64,000 nucleotides of DNA from Tubulanus polymorphus (GCF_964204645.1 NC_134025.1:19505101-19569100), one strand, 5' to 3'; positions 1 to 13,391 are shown, counted from the stretch's first letter. Notes: generated by a model not told the origin, from the letters alone. Made by a program: numbers and translations.

Positions 1-408
1 CTTTAGTTGATTTGGTTTTTGGGAGGAATATCTTTATTTGCACGACAGAAAATATCATTGACAATTGTGCAACGTCCGGGAAAAATAGCTTTTTCTCAAA
101 TCGGATGGATGACCTTGATATGCTAATTAGCCATGTGCTCAAACTGCAAATTCAATCGAATGTTGTTTTATTGAGCAAATTTCAGAAAATTCAATTCTGT
201 TCCGCATTCAAATCAATAAGACAAAGGGAAAAGATTTATCTGAGGTATTTGTTCCTGCCAGCTCCAGTCGCTGTTTGTGCTACTTATGAAAACACAATTG
301 AATTGTGTAAATTATGTATTTGGACAAATGTATCATTTGGACAGAATGCATCATTTGCCATTTTATAAAAAGCTGACAGGCTGGCCATAGTGCCCCTTCG
401 GGCTCTTG
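1..408 (+). mobile_element. 3' part of a non-autonomous Helentron-like element (family B)
   Basis: 1-165 is similar to 3973-4135; ends ctgacaggctggcc...gcccc-ttc-gggc-tcttgtt, like 5212-5248. Confidence 0.65.
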
Positions 409-579
409 TTGTACTGTTTGCTCAGTGTGGGATTAAGCTCATAATCAAGCGGCAAAAGGGTTAAGCTAGATCTAGTTAGATCTATGTCCGTGTCATAGGC
501 TAATAAAAAGCTTAACATATCACCAGTTCATTGATAAAAGCTGCGTTGATATTGATATTTGATCTTCTGAATCTTTTAG

Positions 580-691
580 GAACTGCACATCAATGGATGC
601 GTGAATCTTACAGATGAATCAGTCGATGCTGTCATACAATGCTGTCCTAAAATCAACATCCTTCTCTTTCATGGTTGTCCAAATATTACAG
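580..691 (+). CDS. AMN1: AMN1 homolog (leucine-rich repeat protein), penultimate exon
   Basis: ttttag|GAA...ACA G|gtaag; translates ELHINGCVNLTDESVDAVIQCCPKINILLFHGCPNIT, matching the AMN1 C-terminal LRR as recalled (CVNLTD.AVEAV...CP.I.ILLFHGCP.IT). Confidence 0.9.
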
Positions 692-741
692 GTAAGGTCT
701 ATTTGGAAGAGGTGTTTCAGGTGCTGATCACATAGGATCTT

Positions 742-1019
742 CAGAGCCGTTGGAAGGAATTTTTCAGTGGCGAGGCTTATTTCTGAAGGGGGTCTGGGGG
801 CCCTCGCCTAGAAAAATTTTGAAAATTCAATCGCCGGAGATGCGTTTTGGGGCCATTTCACAGTCTCATTCACAGAAGCATGAGAAGTCGTGAGCCAACC
901 ACCTAGTACAGAGAAGGACGAGCTGCTACGCGGTACAGCGTGCTTTTGAAAAAAATTTTGTTAAGCAAAAAAATGGGGCGGCTTTGGCTGCCCCTGCCGC
1001 CCCTGTTCCGACGGCCCTG
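742..1019. mobile_element. hAT-like MITE in the AMN1 intron
   Basis: TIRs cagagccgttggaa / ttccgacggccctg; atctt on both flanks (5-bp TSD candidate). Confidence 0.65.
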
Positions 1020-1353
1020 ATCTTTTTGTGAAATATATTGAGAAAATACTCCCAGAATGCACATAAGTGCATGCATTTTTCCAAAATTCCTGGCCCAGGC
1101 CCGCATATCGCGCTTATGCGATAAGTAACATGTTCATCTCTATAAAAATTGCGCCCAACCTTTCTCCATAGCTGCATCCATGCCTGAGTTTAGGTCCATG
1201 AAAAAGCTTTGAATTTTAAAACCTCTGTCTCTCCCACCTCACCGTTTCAGTGCAGTTGGAAATTTTGTCTGAATACATGAATTATGTGAATATCCAAATG
1301 GTTCTTTCTGACTATTAAAATGTTGATTTTATCTTGTGTTTGTCGTTATTTAG

Positions 1354-1427
1354 AGAGGTCAAGAATGGCTTTGGAAGAATTAATGGCAAATACTAAAGTT
1401 AGACAACTTACATGGACTGTGTATTGA
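1354..1427 (+). CDS. AMN1: AMN1 homolog, last coding exon
   Basis: tttag| phase-1 join gives (E)RSRMALEELMANTKVRQLTWTVY*; the Q.TWTVY terminus is characteristic of AMN1. Confidence 0.9.
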
Positions 1428-2600
1428 TCAAAACAAACTAGAACCATCAGGAGCACTGACATCAACATAACAAAAATCGCTCATGCATTTCAGGTTATGT
1501 GGATTGAATATTCATAAGTACAAATATTCCATTTCATCAAATGGTTTTAACAAGCAAAAAACCTAAATCCCTGTTAAATTATATATTTTCATAAAATACA
1601 GATAAAGCAAACTTCCTGAAACAAATAATGTTAAAACTGAAATCCCAATTTCGAAACTCAAACAAAAACCTTTTCGGATACCGGTATTTCATTCAAAAAT
1701 GTTTACCTGGTATGTATATTTATACATAGATTATATAAGTTTTTGTATAAAACTTGTTTTGTTATTTTTGTATTACATAAAAGATATTATTATTACGAAA
1801 TTCATAATTAAAGTTCGTTCTTCTGGAATCGGTTTTCTTTCCTTAATCTGCCTGTCATTCTCTCTGTATAATCGTATAAATCGTATAAACGTTTATATCC
1901 AGTCAGAGGGCGTGGCAACATTTACAAGGAAAAGATTTTTTTATGAAACTTTCATGTGTATCCTGTGGATCGATGTAACCTCAATCGCCAATTTCAGTGT
2001 AAATTTAATGTATTGTATGATATATGACGCATTCTATCATACGTTTACTTTGTATTTGCACCGTGATACGTGTAGGCTACTGTAAAAGATCGTAGCATAT
2101 TTTGTCAGAACCGAGTGATATGGCAATTTGCCGTTTTGCTTGCGGGGGTAGTAGTATTGACAGCTTCGTTGTTTTTCGTCTACAATTGAATATCAGATAA
2201 CAACCGAGTATTTTTGCAGAATATGAATATGCAATTGCATAAGGTCACTCAAAACGGATTCCTAGTTTAATCATTTCTGAAAACCTCACGCGTCAAATAA
2301 AATGCGCACTCCCGCTTCGAAAATAACTGCTCCCAATCGCTATACGCACCAACGTTTTAAAGTCGTCTTTTTAAAAATCGTTTAGCTGTACGTCGTTTAG
2401 TGTTATTGGCGACGGAATTCGAACGGCCGTAATGATTTTGTCGATAGAAATTACGTCAAAGTCAAGGGATATAATTTCCTTTTTAAGCTGGTCGGTCATC
2501 ACTTAAGACGATTAAACTACTGTGACAGAGGCGTACTTCGAAAATAAAAATCACCCCCTCGTCTCCTGAAAAAAGAAAGTAAATTGTTTTCATTTCAGCT

Positions 2601-5600
2601 TTTTAGCCCACTTGCGACTTTAGTCCCAGCGGGCTAATGCGTTCACTTTTCGTCCGTCCGTCCGTCCGTAGACGGAATCCAGTTATTTTGGGAAGTTTTG
2701 AAGACGCTTCAAGGTAACGTCTTGATATTTGGGTTACACATGTATCTACCCTAGACACATCTTCAGCCCAAAAACTGGCCCTGTCAGAATCAAGATGGCC
2801 GACTGGCAGCCATTGTTGTTCGTCAAAATCAGCACTTTTTACACATTTTTTAGGCCAGCCGTAGGCTGAGCCTATTACTATACAAATGGAGCGAATTTAA
2901 ATGACATGGTTTCCACACAAAAGGCTCTTTTGCTTGCCAAGTGAGGGCATATTCGAACAAATCACGTATTTAAGCATAATCCATTCTCAGAATCGTAGCG
3001 AGCAGAATTTTGAAATAGGGTCTCATAAAAATGTTTTCTGCATTTTTCACGAAAGTTAAATCGGGAAAATTTCAATTTTTATCAGCCAATCAGGAAGTTG
3101 TGTCTTCCCTGTGATTGGTTTATCTGAAAATATCAGCAGCTGTTCACGTGAATTATCGCGATTTCATTACTGGCGCTTTTGCGCATGACGTCATGTATCA
3201 ACACGTGACAATACTTCCGCGTTCGCTACGTGTTCGCTGATTGGCCCATTTACTGGGAAATTCCACAGAAGCCTAATGTGGTTTGTTACAAGCGCTGTGA
3301 TTGGCCCGACCCGATTCTGGCATGGCTTTAGCTTAGTGGGTTCGAATCCCTTGACGCGTGAAGATGATGGATCCTATCAATATCTATTGAAACAAATAAG
3401 TTTCCCGGTTGGGCAGCCGCGGATATCTACCGGAAGTGTTCCGGTTCGATATTTCGAGGTTTCTTTGAATTTTGGAGTGATATTGAAATCCGGTAAATAC
3501 CAGCGGTAGATTGTGAAAACCCATTGCATGATATTTGTATTACTTAATCCACGAAAAGCGTCGGGGCCGCGCCAGGAGTTTTCGTGATTCAAGTAGCGCA
3601 ATAGCCTACTTCTTCGTGTTCGTCCACCTCAATTTTCATTCCGCCGATCTCTGACACGGCTCTGTCCCCGTCGGCGCTGTGATTGCACTTTCGTACCACC
3701 AAAATTTTTTATTTCTATATCAGGGAGGTCTGGAGAATAAAAAAGTCAAAATTTGGATATCACATAGGCCTGATTTCATCGAATAAGTCGACCATGGTCG
3801 TTACGTTTCCGTACTTATTACCACCTAAAACCGTCTGAACAATTTTGTCACAACCAACATTTCGTTTACAGAAATCAGGTGTTCACGTGAACCCGCGGTA
3901 TCGTCTACTGTTTTACTTCCGGGTTTTATTTTAAGATTTAAAATTGTATTTCAAGATCGATTTCTATGAAATCTTTAGTTGATTTGGTGTTTGGGAGGAA
4001 TTTTTATTTGCTCTACAGAAAATTCATCCTTGACAATTGCGCAAGGTTCGCGAAAAAAATGGTTTTACCAAATCGGGTGTATGACCTTGATATGCTAATT
4101 AGCCATGTGCCCATATTGCAAATTCAATCAAATTTTATTCTGCCAAAAAAATGTTAAATACAATTCGCTTTCCGAGAGTTAATGGTATGCTGCATGGAAC
4201 AAAGTTGTTTTGAGATGGGTCTTGAAGCTATTGAGGTCGAGAGATAACCATCTAGATAGTTCGTGAGAGTTCCAAAGTTTTGAAGAGGCTTCAAGGTAAT
4301 GTCTTGATATTTGGTTTATACGTGTATCTACCCTAGACACATCTTCAGGCCAAAAACTGGCCCTGTCAGATTCAAGATGGCCGACTGGCAGCCATTGTTG
4401 TTCGCCAAAATCAGCACTTTTTACACATTTTTGAAGTTTTCGAGGGAAATTTTGAAGACACTTTTATCAATAACCTTGATAATTCGTATATATTTGTTTC
4501 CCCCGTGGGCCCATCGGCATGAGAAAAATTGGGTCGATCGGACTCAAGATGGCTGTACTGTGACCTTTTTTGTTCCCAAAAATGTCAATTTTGGCCTGAA
4601 ATCTGAGTACTGTAGCTTTCTAATGGTGTGCCATGTTTCATTGCAATTTGTAATGGGTATTCTTTGGAAAGGGATCTTTTATATCCGAGAGGGTATTTTT
4701 GACCAGGCAATTACGACGCACTTGGCGGCCATCTTGGAGTCATCAGTACTCATTCGTAGGTGGAAAAAAGTTTTTCCACATCATAATTGATACTTAAGCA
4801 TATTTTGCTACTATAATCAATTGGAATGATGTAGCTCATGACGTTCTATGATCGAGGTGAGTTTCAAGCTCATTGGTTTTTGTTTATGGCCACCAGGGGG
4901 CGTTGAACAATACAATAACTTAGTATTTCTATATTACATTCGTACCTATGCATATTTTGCTACCACAATCAATTGGAAAGTTGTAGCTCATGACATGGTC
5001 TATGATCTTGGTGAGTTTCAAGCTCATTGGTTTTTGTATATGGCCACCAGGGGGCGTTGAACAATACAATAACTTCGTATTTCTATATTACATTCGTTCC
5101 TGCTGTCTGTGTTAACACACGATTTTACTATGTAAATGATATTGAGCAGGGAGTGTATATTGATAAATATAACCAACAGATTAGGGCCTACATCATTTAT
5201 AAAAAGCAAATCTGACAGGCTGGCCATTGTGCCCCTTGGGGCTCTTTTTGAACTTTTTGAGGGAAATTTTGAAGACGCTATGATCAATTTACCTTGATCT
5301 TTCGAATATATATGAATCCCCCCAGGGCCCATCAACATAACAAAAATTGGGTCGGTCGGACTCAAGATGGCCGTCCTATGACCTTTTTAGTGCCCAAAAA
5401 TGTTAATTTTGGCCCGAATTCTGAGTCCTGTAGCTTCCTACTGGTTTGCCATTTCTCATTACAATTTGTGATGGGTATTCTTTGGAAAGGGATGTTTTAT
5501 ACCTGAGACAGGTATTTTTCATCAGCCAATTATGACGCAATTGGCGGCCATCTTGGTGTCACCAGTACTCATTCGTAAGTGGGAAAAAGTTTTTCCACAT

Positions 5601-6262
5601 TATATTGATACCTAAGCGTATTTTGCTACCACAATCAATTAGAAAGTTGTAGCTCATAACGTGTTCTATAATTGTGGTGAGTTCCAAGGTAATTGGATTT
5701 CGTATATGGCCACCAGGGGGCGTTGAATAATACAATATCGTAGCATTTCTTTATTATATTCGTACCTATGCATATTTTGTAACCACAATCAATTGGAAAG
5801 TTGTAGCTCATGACATCATCTATGATTGTTGCGAGTTTTAAGGACATAAGTTTTTCTATATGGTCACCAGGGGGCGTTGAATAGTAGAATAACTTAGTAT
5901 TTCCTTATTATATTGGTACCTAGGCATATTTTGTTGCCATGATCAATTGCAAAGTTGTAGTTCATGACATGTTCTATGATTGTGGTGAGTTTCGAGGTCA
6001 TTGGGTTTTGAATACGGTCACCAGGGGGCGTTGAATAGTAGAATGACTTAGTATTTCCATATTAAATTGGTAACGAGGCATATTTTGTTATCACAATCAA
6101 TTACAAAATCGTAGCTGTTGACATGTTCTATGATTGTGGTGAGTTTCAAGGTCATTGGTTTTTGTAAATGGTCACCAGGGGGCGTTGAATGTTGAAATTG
6201 TTAGATTGTTGAGCATTTGAAACCACTTCCCAAGTGGGCATGGTGTCCCTGGACCCCTAGTT
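2601..6262 (+). mobile_element. DINE-1-like HINE (Helentron family A), copy 1, interrupted by family B
   Basis: 5' tttt-agcccacttg(c)ga with a short hairpin, (GTCC)n microsatellite, 154-bp central tandem repeats, 3' subTIR tcccaagtgggc, hairpin ggtgtccctggacccc, then tagttt; sits in a T-run without TSD. Confidence 0.85.
2851..5244 (+). mobile_element. Helentron-like element family B nested in family A
   Basis: subTIRs ggccagcc (2853) / ggctggcc (5218); 3' hairpin gcccc-tt-ggggc; removing it restores family A (acacattttt|gaactttttgagggaaatt; compare 45661-45690). Confidence 0.75.
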
Positions 6263-6416
6263 TATCTTAAAAAGTTGATAGAAATGAAATTCGCCGCCCC
6301 CAACATATTTTGAAAAATTTTAGGACGAGAAACTAGAAATCAACTTCGAGTGACCTAAAATGTAATTATGGTGCTGTATTTCACGAGCAAGCGCGATTAA
6401 CTTTTTGATCATTATA

Positions 6417-6870
6417 CAGTAGAACTGGCGTAAGTCGGACACATTGAGACCTGCGCGAAAAAAAGTCCGACTTAGAAAAATTCCGATTATGAGTGAGTCG
6501 GATTTTGGAGGTTTTCTAAGAAAAATCCGAATTCTACAGAATAAGACCTTAAACCTTAACAACTGAGTGACAGTGGGTCAATACTGCAAACATGTGTTTA
6601 TCATGCGTCCTTCGACTGATAAATCGATCTACCAGTACACAATAGACGCTGCGCGCCAGTAAAGAACTTAAAGAATTGAAATTAGCCGCCGGACTTAGAG
6701 ATTGAAAATGCATTGCTTTCAAACGTTCGTAACACATATTTTAGCCGAGTTTCCGACCTGTAGAATCCGACTTTAAGACAGATTTTGATAGGAAAATGAA
6801 CTGAAAAAGACGGGACCTTGGAATTTCGGCCGACTTTCCGACTTATGTCCGACTTACGCCAGTTCTACTG
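6417..6870. mobile_element. Tc1/mariner-pogo type MITE
   Basis: 25-bp TIR cagtagaactggcgtaagtcggaca; TA on both flanks. Confidence 0.9.
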
Positions 6871-7011
6871 TACCAAGCATATCATCGGACATCGTCACCT
6901 ATCGACGATCTTTTCGTAAAATTCCAATCGCAACAAAAAAGTTTTGACATCGGGCTGTACTGTATGTGATTACAGAATAAAACCACTGCTCTATAATAGC
7001 TAGTAATAACT

Positions 7012-7590
7012 ATAAATGGGCGTAACACCACGTATATATGTCACCCCGGTAACATATACGTATTGAATAGTGGACAAATACTATATCTGCACAAAACTAA
7101 AATGGCAAATTGCCGTTTTTATCTGAAAAATCAAGCCATATATTGGAACAGCGAGAAACTTTGTATTTGGAACGTGTGATCCATTGACCTAACTTATCAC
7201 ACCTACCAAGCTCCAAGAAATTGCACGTCTTCGGTAGTGTATAGACTGCTTACGAGGAACATTCAAGATGTCCACCTTCGTGGCAAGTTTGAAAGAATTG
7301 GGAGCTTGAATATATGGGGAAGGTCACATAAATTAAGTCCATCCTGGCAGCCAATTTGGGACGGTGAGAAATCCGATTTTCGATAGGTGTAATCCATGGA
7401 TATGGCTCATTATACCTACCAACTTTCGAGAAAATAGAATTACATTTGTAATGTCTGTAGTACTGACAAGGAATTCAAATGTCTGTTATGACGGCCATAT
7501 TGTATGAGCGAGAAAGCTCATTTTCGATAGGTGTCATCCATGGACCCAACACATCATTACGGGGGCTGATTCGGGTCACATAAGAAAGAA
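7012..7590 (-). mobile_element. Degenerate HINE-like repeat
   Basis: Inverted subterminal motifs tatgtcaccc / gggtcacata; internal degenerate tandem units (ttttcgataggtgt twice). Confidence 0.4.
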
Positions 7591-7812
7591 ATATGACACC
7601 CGATCCCAACAAATTACTACTACCTTAAAAGCAGTTTCTCGTTTTAGGTTTGAAAAAGTATTAGGTACCAATAAGGTTTGATCTTTTTAGTTTTAATGCC
7701 AGGCTTAAACAAACGTGTCGTCTTAAACCAACTTTCCTTAAATGGCGTTAAAACGAAAAAGACCGCATTAAAACCAAAACCACCATGTTAAAACGAGAAA
7801 TCTGTGCGTATA

Positions 7813-8228
7813 CAGTCAACGTCGCTTAATTCGTCATCGTTTAATTCGTATAGCTAATTCGTATTAAAGTGAAAGTTCACGATTTTTTCCTTCATTATTC
7901 CCTTTAACCTACGAGCAATTATCTAAGTTAGATAATTGCTACGTAGCTTTAACCTTGGAGTAATCATTGAATGATTACTCGCAAGCTTTAACTAACATAG
8001 GATAGATCGTACTTCGTAGTCTGTAAATCGTAGCGACGTCGTACGTATTTTCCCGCCCTTTAAATCAACCACAGTGGAAACAAATTTTTGCAGGTTTTTT
8101 TAGTTTATACGAATCAATAGATAAATCGGTAATTCTATGAAATATAGATAATTCATAGAAAATACGAATATGTCTAATTCGTAGAAAAACCACGGTACCA
8201 AGAGATACGAATTAAGCGAGGTTGACTG
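7813..8228. mobile_element. Tc1/mariner-pogo type MITE
   Basis: TIRs cagtcaacgtcgcttaattcgt / acgaattaagcgaggttgactg; TA flanks. Confidence 0.88.
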
Positions 8229-8946
8229 TATATATACTAGCTACCATATACATTCAACAACACAGCTACATCATTTTGAGCAACAGCGCACGGAATATTA
8301 CAACTGGCAGACGTTTTTTTGATAAAACACTTTATTAGCGGAGGGTTTACATACGTACGTGTGTATAATATGTAAAGAGAAAACAAATAAGCATCAATGA
8401 ATTTATAACAGCATGAATAAAAAATGAATTTCTGTTATATATGCATTTACTGATATCACATATTCCTTTGACTTAAATCATTTTGTCAAAAGCTCCATAT
8501 GTACATGAAAATGATTTGTTAGTTGTGGGTTGAATTTGAAAGTGATAACAACTGCGGAATTGAGCTCCAAACAAAAGTAATCATACATATACGGTATGAT
8601 AAAATGAATATATACATCTTCAAAAAAAGAAACTTAACGGAATAATACGAGAACGCTCCTAACACTTCCGACCGACATGGTCGCGATTTTTTCTAGTAGG
8701 TGAAATTGACACGCGATAAACAACATAAAGATACGTATAACGCCCAATTTCCAATCGCCGATTGCAAAATTCGCCAAGTATGTTGCCTCCACCTGTGAGC
8801 AAATCAGTATTTGCACCCAATTCGCCTAAATGTTTCAACCTTGGTTTTCGGTTAAGAGAGCAAAGTCGACACACATTTATGATAAGAATTTTCATATATT
8901 GTCTCTCAAAGTCATAATATATTATTTTCGAAATAATGGTAACAAT

Positions 8947-10714
8947 AAAGAAGTTTCCAGTTTCTAGGCGCCATTTTGTGTCGGTACCTCGAGGTCCGCA
9001 TTGTTGCGAAAATTTGCACTCATTCTTAAAACATAAGTTTTGATTGAATATCATATAGCTCTGCAGTCCCTTGCTTGACTAACTTCATTAATACACCATT
9101 CTAAAGGAAATGAAAAGTAGATATTTGCCGGTGATTATTGGATTTTTTTGAACGTAACAATTGAGAGCAGTGACGATGTGAAACCAAGGACCGCATATTT
9201 TTACCGCGCGTAAAAAAATTGCGATTTTTATTAATTTTGAAATATCTTTTCTAAATAGGGGTTACTAAAGCTATATTTCCAATTTTTACTGAGGTTAAAA
9301 TGCGTTATTTGCAGTTTTGGCCTACGTTGAAATTTTTTAATATCTTTCCTGACGACTGATATGTAATGGATAGAATTTGAGTTTACGCGCCAAAGGGGTC
9401 ACTCACTGCGCACCGCCATTTCACTGAACATTGATATTTGGGAAAGGAAATGGCAAAAGTACAATTTTATACTGGTTTCTAGTTATCAATGTTGCTTCTT
9501 AAGGTTATACGTTACCTTTATTTTCGTATGGTTGAAAATGGACTTTGAGTGCTTTGAGGAGCACGAGTTTCGTAGCGTCGAGAAATTAAAGGATTTCTTG
9601 AAAGAAAGGAGACTTTCTGTGCTGATTGTTAAGGTGACCTAGTTGAGAGCCTATCTTTGCGTGTGAACAGAATGTACCGCTCATGGTTGGAGACTATAGA
9701 ACAGTTAAAATAAAATCAAGGTTTTGATATGTTTTTGAATGTGGCTCATTTGAATGTTGCAAAAATGGATGTTGACCCTCCAAAACAGAATATTAAATGG
9801 GGGACAGATATGATATTCATGATATTGGAATTTGATATCAGTAAGGTTTTCTGGTCATGTTTTCCAGCAGGAAGGTCGATATTCAGTAAATTCATCGTAT
9901 GATCCCAGAATGAGGGATTACGAGAGAGACTTATGTTTTTAACATGTCATAAGCGTTTAAATTGATGGCCACCATTTCACCGTCGACTCCAAAACGTTTT
10001 AGAGTCCATGATTTCGAACAGAAAATCGGCGCTAAGCTGGACGGACTCAATTCGACAATTCCAAAACTGCGCCGTTCAAACTTCAAGAGCGGGAAAAACC
10101 GGATCCCGAAAGCAAGCTTAAACGAATGCACCCGCCAAATATTGTACAAACAAGATTGGGATTATAATCTCAAAATACCCTCATGGAAAATATGAAGAAA
10201 TTAAATGGCATTTAAAGATTTCTTGTCACAAATCACAATGTTCAGTGAAATGGCGGTGCGCAGTGGGAGACCCCTTTGGCGCGTTATCTCAAACTCTAGC
10301 GGTTTCAGATCAGTCGTCGGGAAACATATTTTTAAAATTTCAACGCAGGCTAAAACTGCAAATAACGCCCTTTAACCTCAGTAAAAATGGGAAAAATAGC
10401 TTTAATAACCCCTAAGATATTTCAAAATTAATAAAAATCGCAGTTTTTTTACGCGCGGTTAAAATATGCGGTCCTTGGTTTCAGGTCGTCACTGCTCTCA
10501 ATTGTTGCGTTCAAAAAATCCAATAATCACCGGCAAATATCTGCATTTCATTTCCTTTAAAATGGTTCATAAATGGAGTTAATCAAGCAAGGGAATGCGG
10601 AGCTATATGAAATTCAATCAAAACTTACGTTTTAAAAATGAGCGCAAATTATCGCAACAATGGGGACCTCGAGGGACCGCCACAAAATGGCGCATAGAAA
10701 CTGGAAACTTCTTT
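8947..10714. mobile_element. Internally deleted DNA transposon with ~485-bp TIRs (ISL2EU/PIF-Harbinger-like)
   Basis: Arms 8947-9432 and 10236-10714 are diverged reverse complements; AT on both flanks; SAP-like remnant SVEKLKDFLKERRLSV..KGDLVE from ATG 9538 (+). Confidence 0.7.
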
Positions 10715-11956
10715 ATTATTTTGTAGTACCGATAGTTTATTCATGTTATTCCACATCGAGATTTCACTCTTTAGTAAACTCCGTATGCCATAGTGAATTA
10801 TGTTATCTGTTCACACTAATAACAGTCAAGAGAATTCTGCTTATATGTTATTCATGAAGTGCGCATTCTCATGACACCGACTTGAAAATAGTTTTGCATG
10901 GTAAACAAAACTCGCAGGTTTAACCCGACCATGGGCGTATAGACAGAGTCGAATACGTCCGTGATCGGATGAGACCAATGTCAGCTGCTTATGTCCGACT
11001 TGCCCAAGGCACTTGATATACATTTCATGATAAACCTATTTTTCTAGCTATGTGCATTAACTAAATGCTGTTTATGACGGAACACAACGGGGCAAATTGC
11101 TCATGCTGGCTAGATCCAATCGTTAAATCAACCAACCGATCCATATACTCGCCAATCCAACATGGCTGTTAACTACTTATATGCCCAGCGGACCGGGTGT
11201 CGAAATCGCCCTAGTTCAAAAATAATTACAAATCCATATTGTAGATGACACATGTCACGTTAAGAAAGAATCTAGTTATCTATCCATACTAGGTGTCACA
11301 ATTGCTCGAGTCACATGATCAAAAATACTTGAAGTATGGGGTAAACGAATATTCCGAAAATACATTTTATTAAAATGTAATACATTTTATTAAAATGTAA
11401 TAGGACTACAGCTGTAGTCCAATTCGTCAGACATTGTACTAATTATTCCAATTTCGAGAACCATTTCAAATGTCTTTCCCTCGGTTTACGATTAGTAGTA
11501 AACACGTATTTCCATGGATGACACAAACATTTCAAGCCGCACAGTAAGCACAGCCGCACGTAAGTTGCACCTAGAACTACATGTTATGTAACGATTTTCG
11601 ATAAACGATAACAACAAACGATATAACAATGATCGACAACCGCATATTTGCATTTAACTAGAGATCACAATGCTGTAATAAGATCAAATTTTCATTCATC
11701 ACCAGAAATGCAAGCTATCGAAACAATTTTCTGCTCATAGCCCGGTACATAGTTTGTTTGCGGTAAACGTCGTATATCACTTGTATTACTCAGTTTACGA
11801 TGTAAAGTGACAACGGCGGTAGTTCACTAATTCACGCTACACCAAGAATCCATTTTCTAGTTTGCTAGTGTTTTATCAAATCGATAAACGAATTTGACGC
11901 GTCGATGGATCAGCTAATTAATTGCAGTTCGTTGAAAGACGGAATGATATACATAA

Positions 11957-12300
11957 GCCGCGACCACACGGAGACGATTTGGCCCGGGCCAGATTGGCAC
12001 GGATCAGGTTTTGGCCAAATTTGGCCCGTGCCTAATTAGAGAGCGCGTAAATCACTCAATCGATACTAAACAATGTTTAAACACAGCGAAGTGGATCATT
12101 TCCGGTGCCAGTTCAAACGCCAGTGCAATTCAAACGCATTCATTTGTCTGGTGCTAAAATTTGGCTCGGGCCTGGTTCAACGTTTTTGGTCGGGCCAAAT
12201 TTGGCCCGGGCCAAACAGGTTCGGGCCCATTTGGCACCCGTGTGAACAGTTGTTCCGGGCCAAATTTGGCCCGGGCCAAAAATGCTCGTGTGATCGCGGC
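11957..12300. mobile_element. PIF/Harbinger-type MITE
   Basis: TIRs gccgcgaccacacg / cgtgtgatcgcggc; TAA/TAT flanks; repeated subterminal palindrome tttggcccgggccaaa. Confidence 0.8.
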
Positions 12301-13391
12301 TATAGCCTATATACCAAGCAGAAAAGATGATCGACTTCAAGAATCCCATATGAAGTTATCAAATTCGTGATTTGATACATTACTTATAGCAATTAAATAT
12401 TAGCAATAAATATACTGGTAATGATAGTTGTAATCACTATAATCAATGAAATCAAGGTTTTCTGCGTAATGTAAAATTTAGAGATGAAGACACGATTTCA
12501 TCCAGCATCGTCTAACTGCATTGGAAGAGAGAACATGCGCATAAAGTATGCTTTTTACAATCTCTAGAATCGGATCCAGTTCTGTATAAAAATAAATTTC
12601 CCAATATATAGTTCAACATTTCTTAAGAAAATATATGTACATGTATGTACGTAGATAAAATATAAATAGATGTAAGGAAAACTAATTTCGAAAACATAAC
12701 AGGATGATTATCAAAACCATCGCTCTCGTTTGTTCCGTTTCAATTACATGTATATTGAATGTGCTAGATATACTTGTCATTCAGTTTGAGTTTTATTATC
12801 TGATTACTATTCTGAATAAACTCAAATAGTTCTTATAGAATATGGAAATCATCGATACAATCTCCCAAGAAAAGCTTTTTGTAAGGCATTTTGTGGCAAT
12901 GTGCACTATATAGGCCTACTGCTTTAGTTGGTACTAATTGATATCAGTACGTATAGTGGATTGTATGCCTTTTTGTGAGACATCTTTCAAAGTGGCAACT
13001 ATAAAATAATGCGCTATAGGCCTACTGCTTTAGTTGGTACTAATTGATATCAAAAAATGATAGATAATTCGGCGATAAATCGGTTTTGAAAATTAGTGAT
13101 ACGTACGTAGATATAATGCGAAGTGATGGATTCTAAGGATCGTAAAGTAAGGTACCGGTACGTAATGTTATCAAGTACGATGAATCATATGAACATCGGT
13201 GTGCAAACGTATTATCAAGCTTATACGTTCAAGCGCTGTGCTACAACAACAAGTACGAATTCAAAACGTATAAGCCGACGAATCTTTTGAAAAGTAGTAC
13301 AAAATATTTGTACATTGTATCAACATATATATAGTCCCCTTGCTTACCGCCACACCCAACATCTAAATCATTTATGGCACTTATCAACCGT

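Noticed and set aside
3340-3360. ggttcgaatcc B-box suggesting a tRNA
   Set aside because: No cloverleaf; lies inside a repeat element
12905-13052. ~40-bp direct duplication downstream of the SYT stop (also the 20-bp tandem near 11360 and the ~155-bp pair at 61027/61183)
   Set aside because: Ordinary local duplications with no further structure
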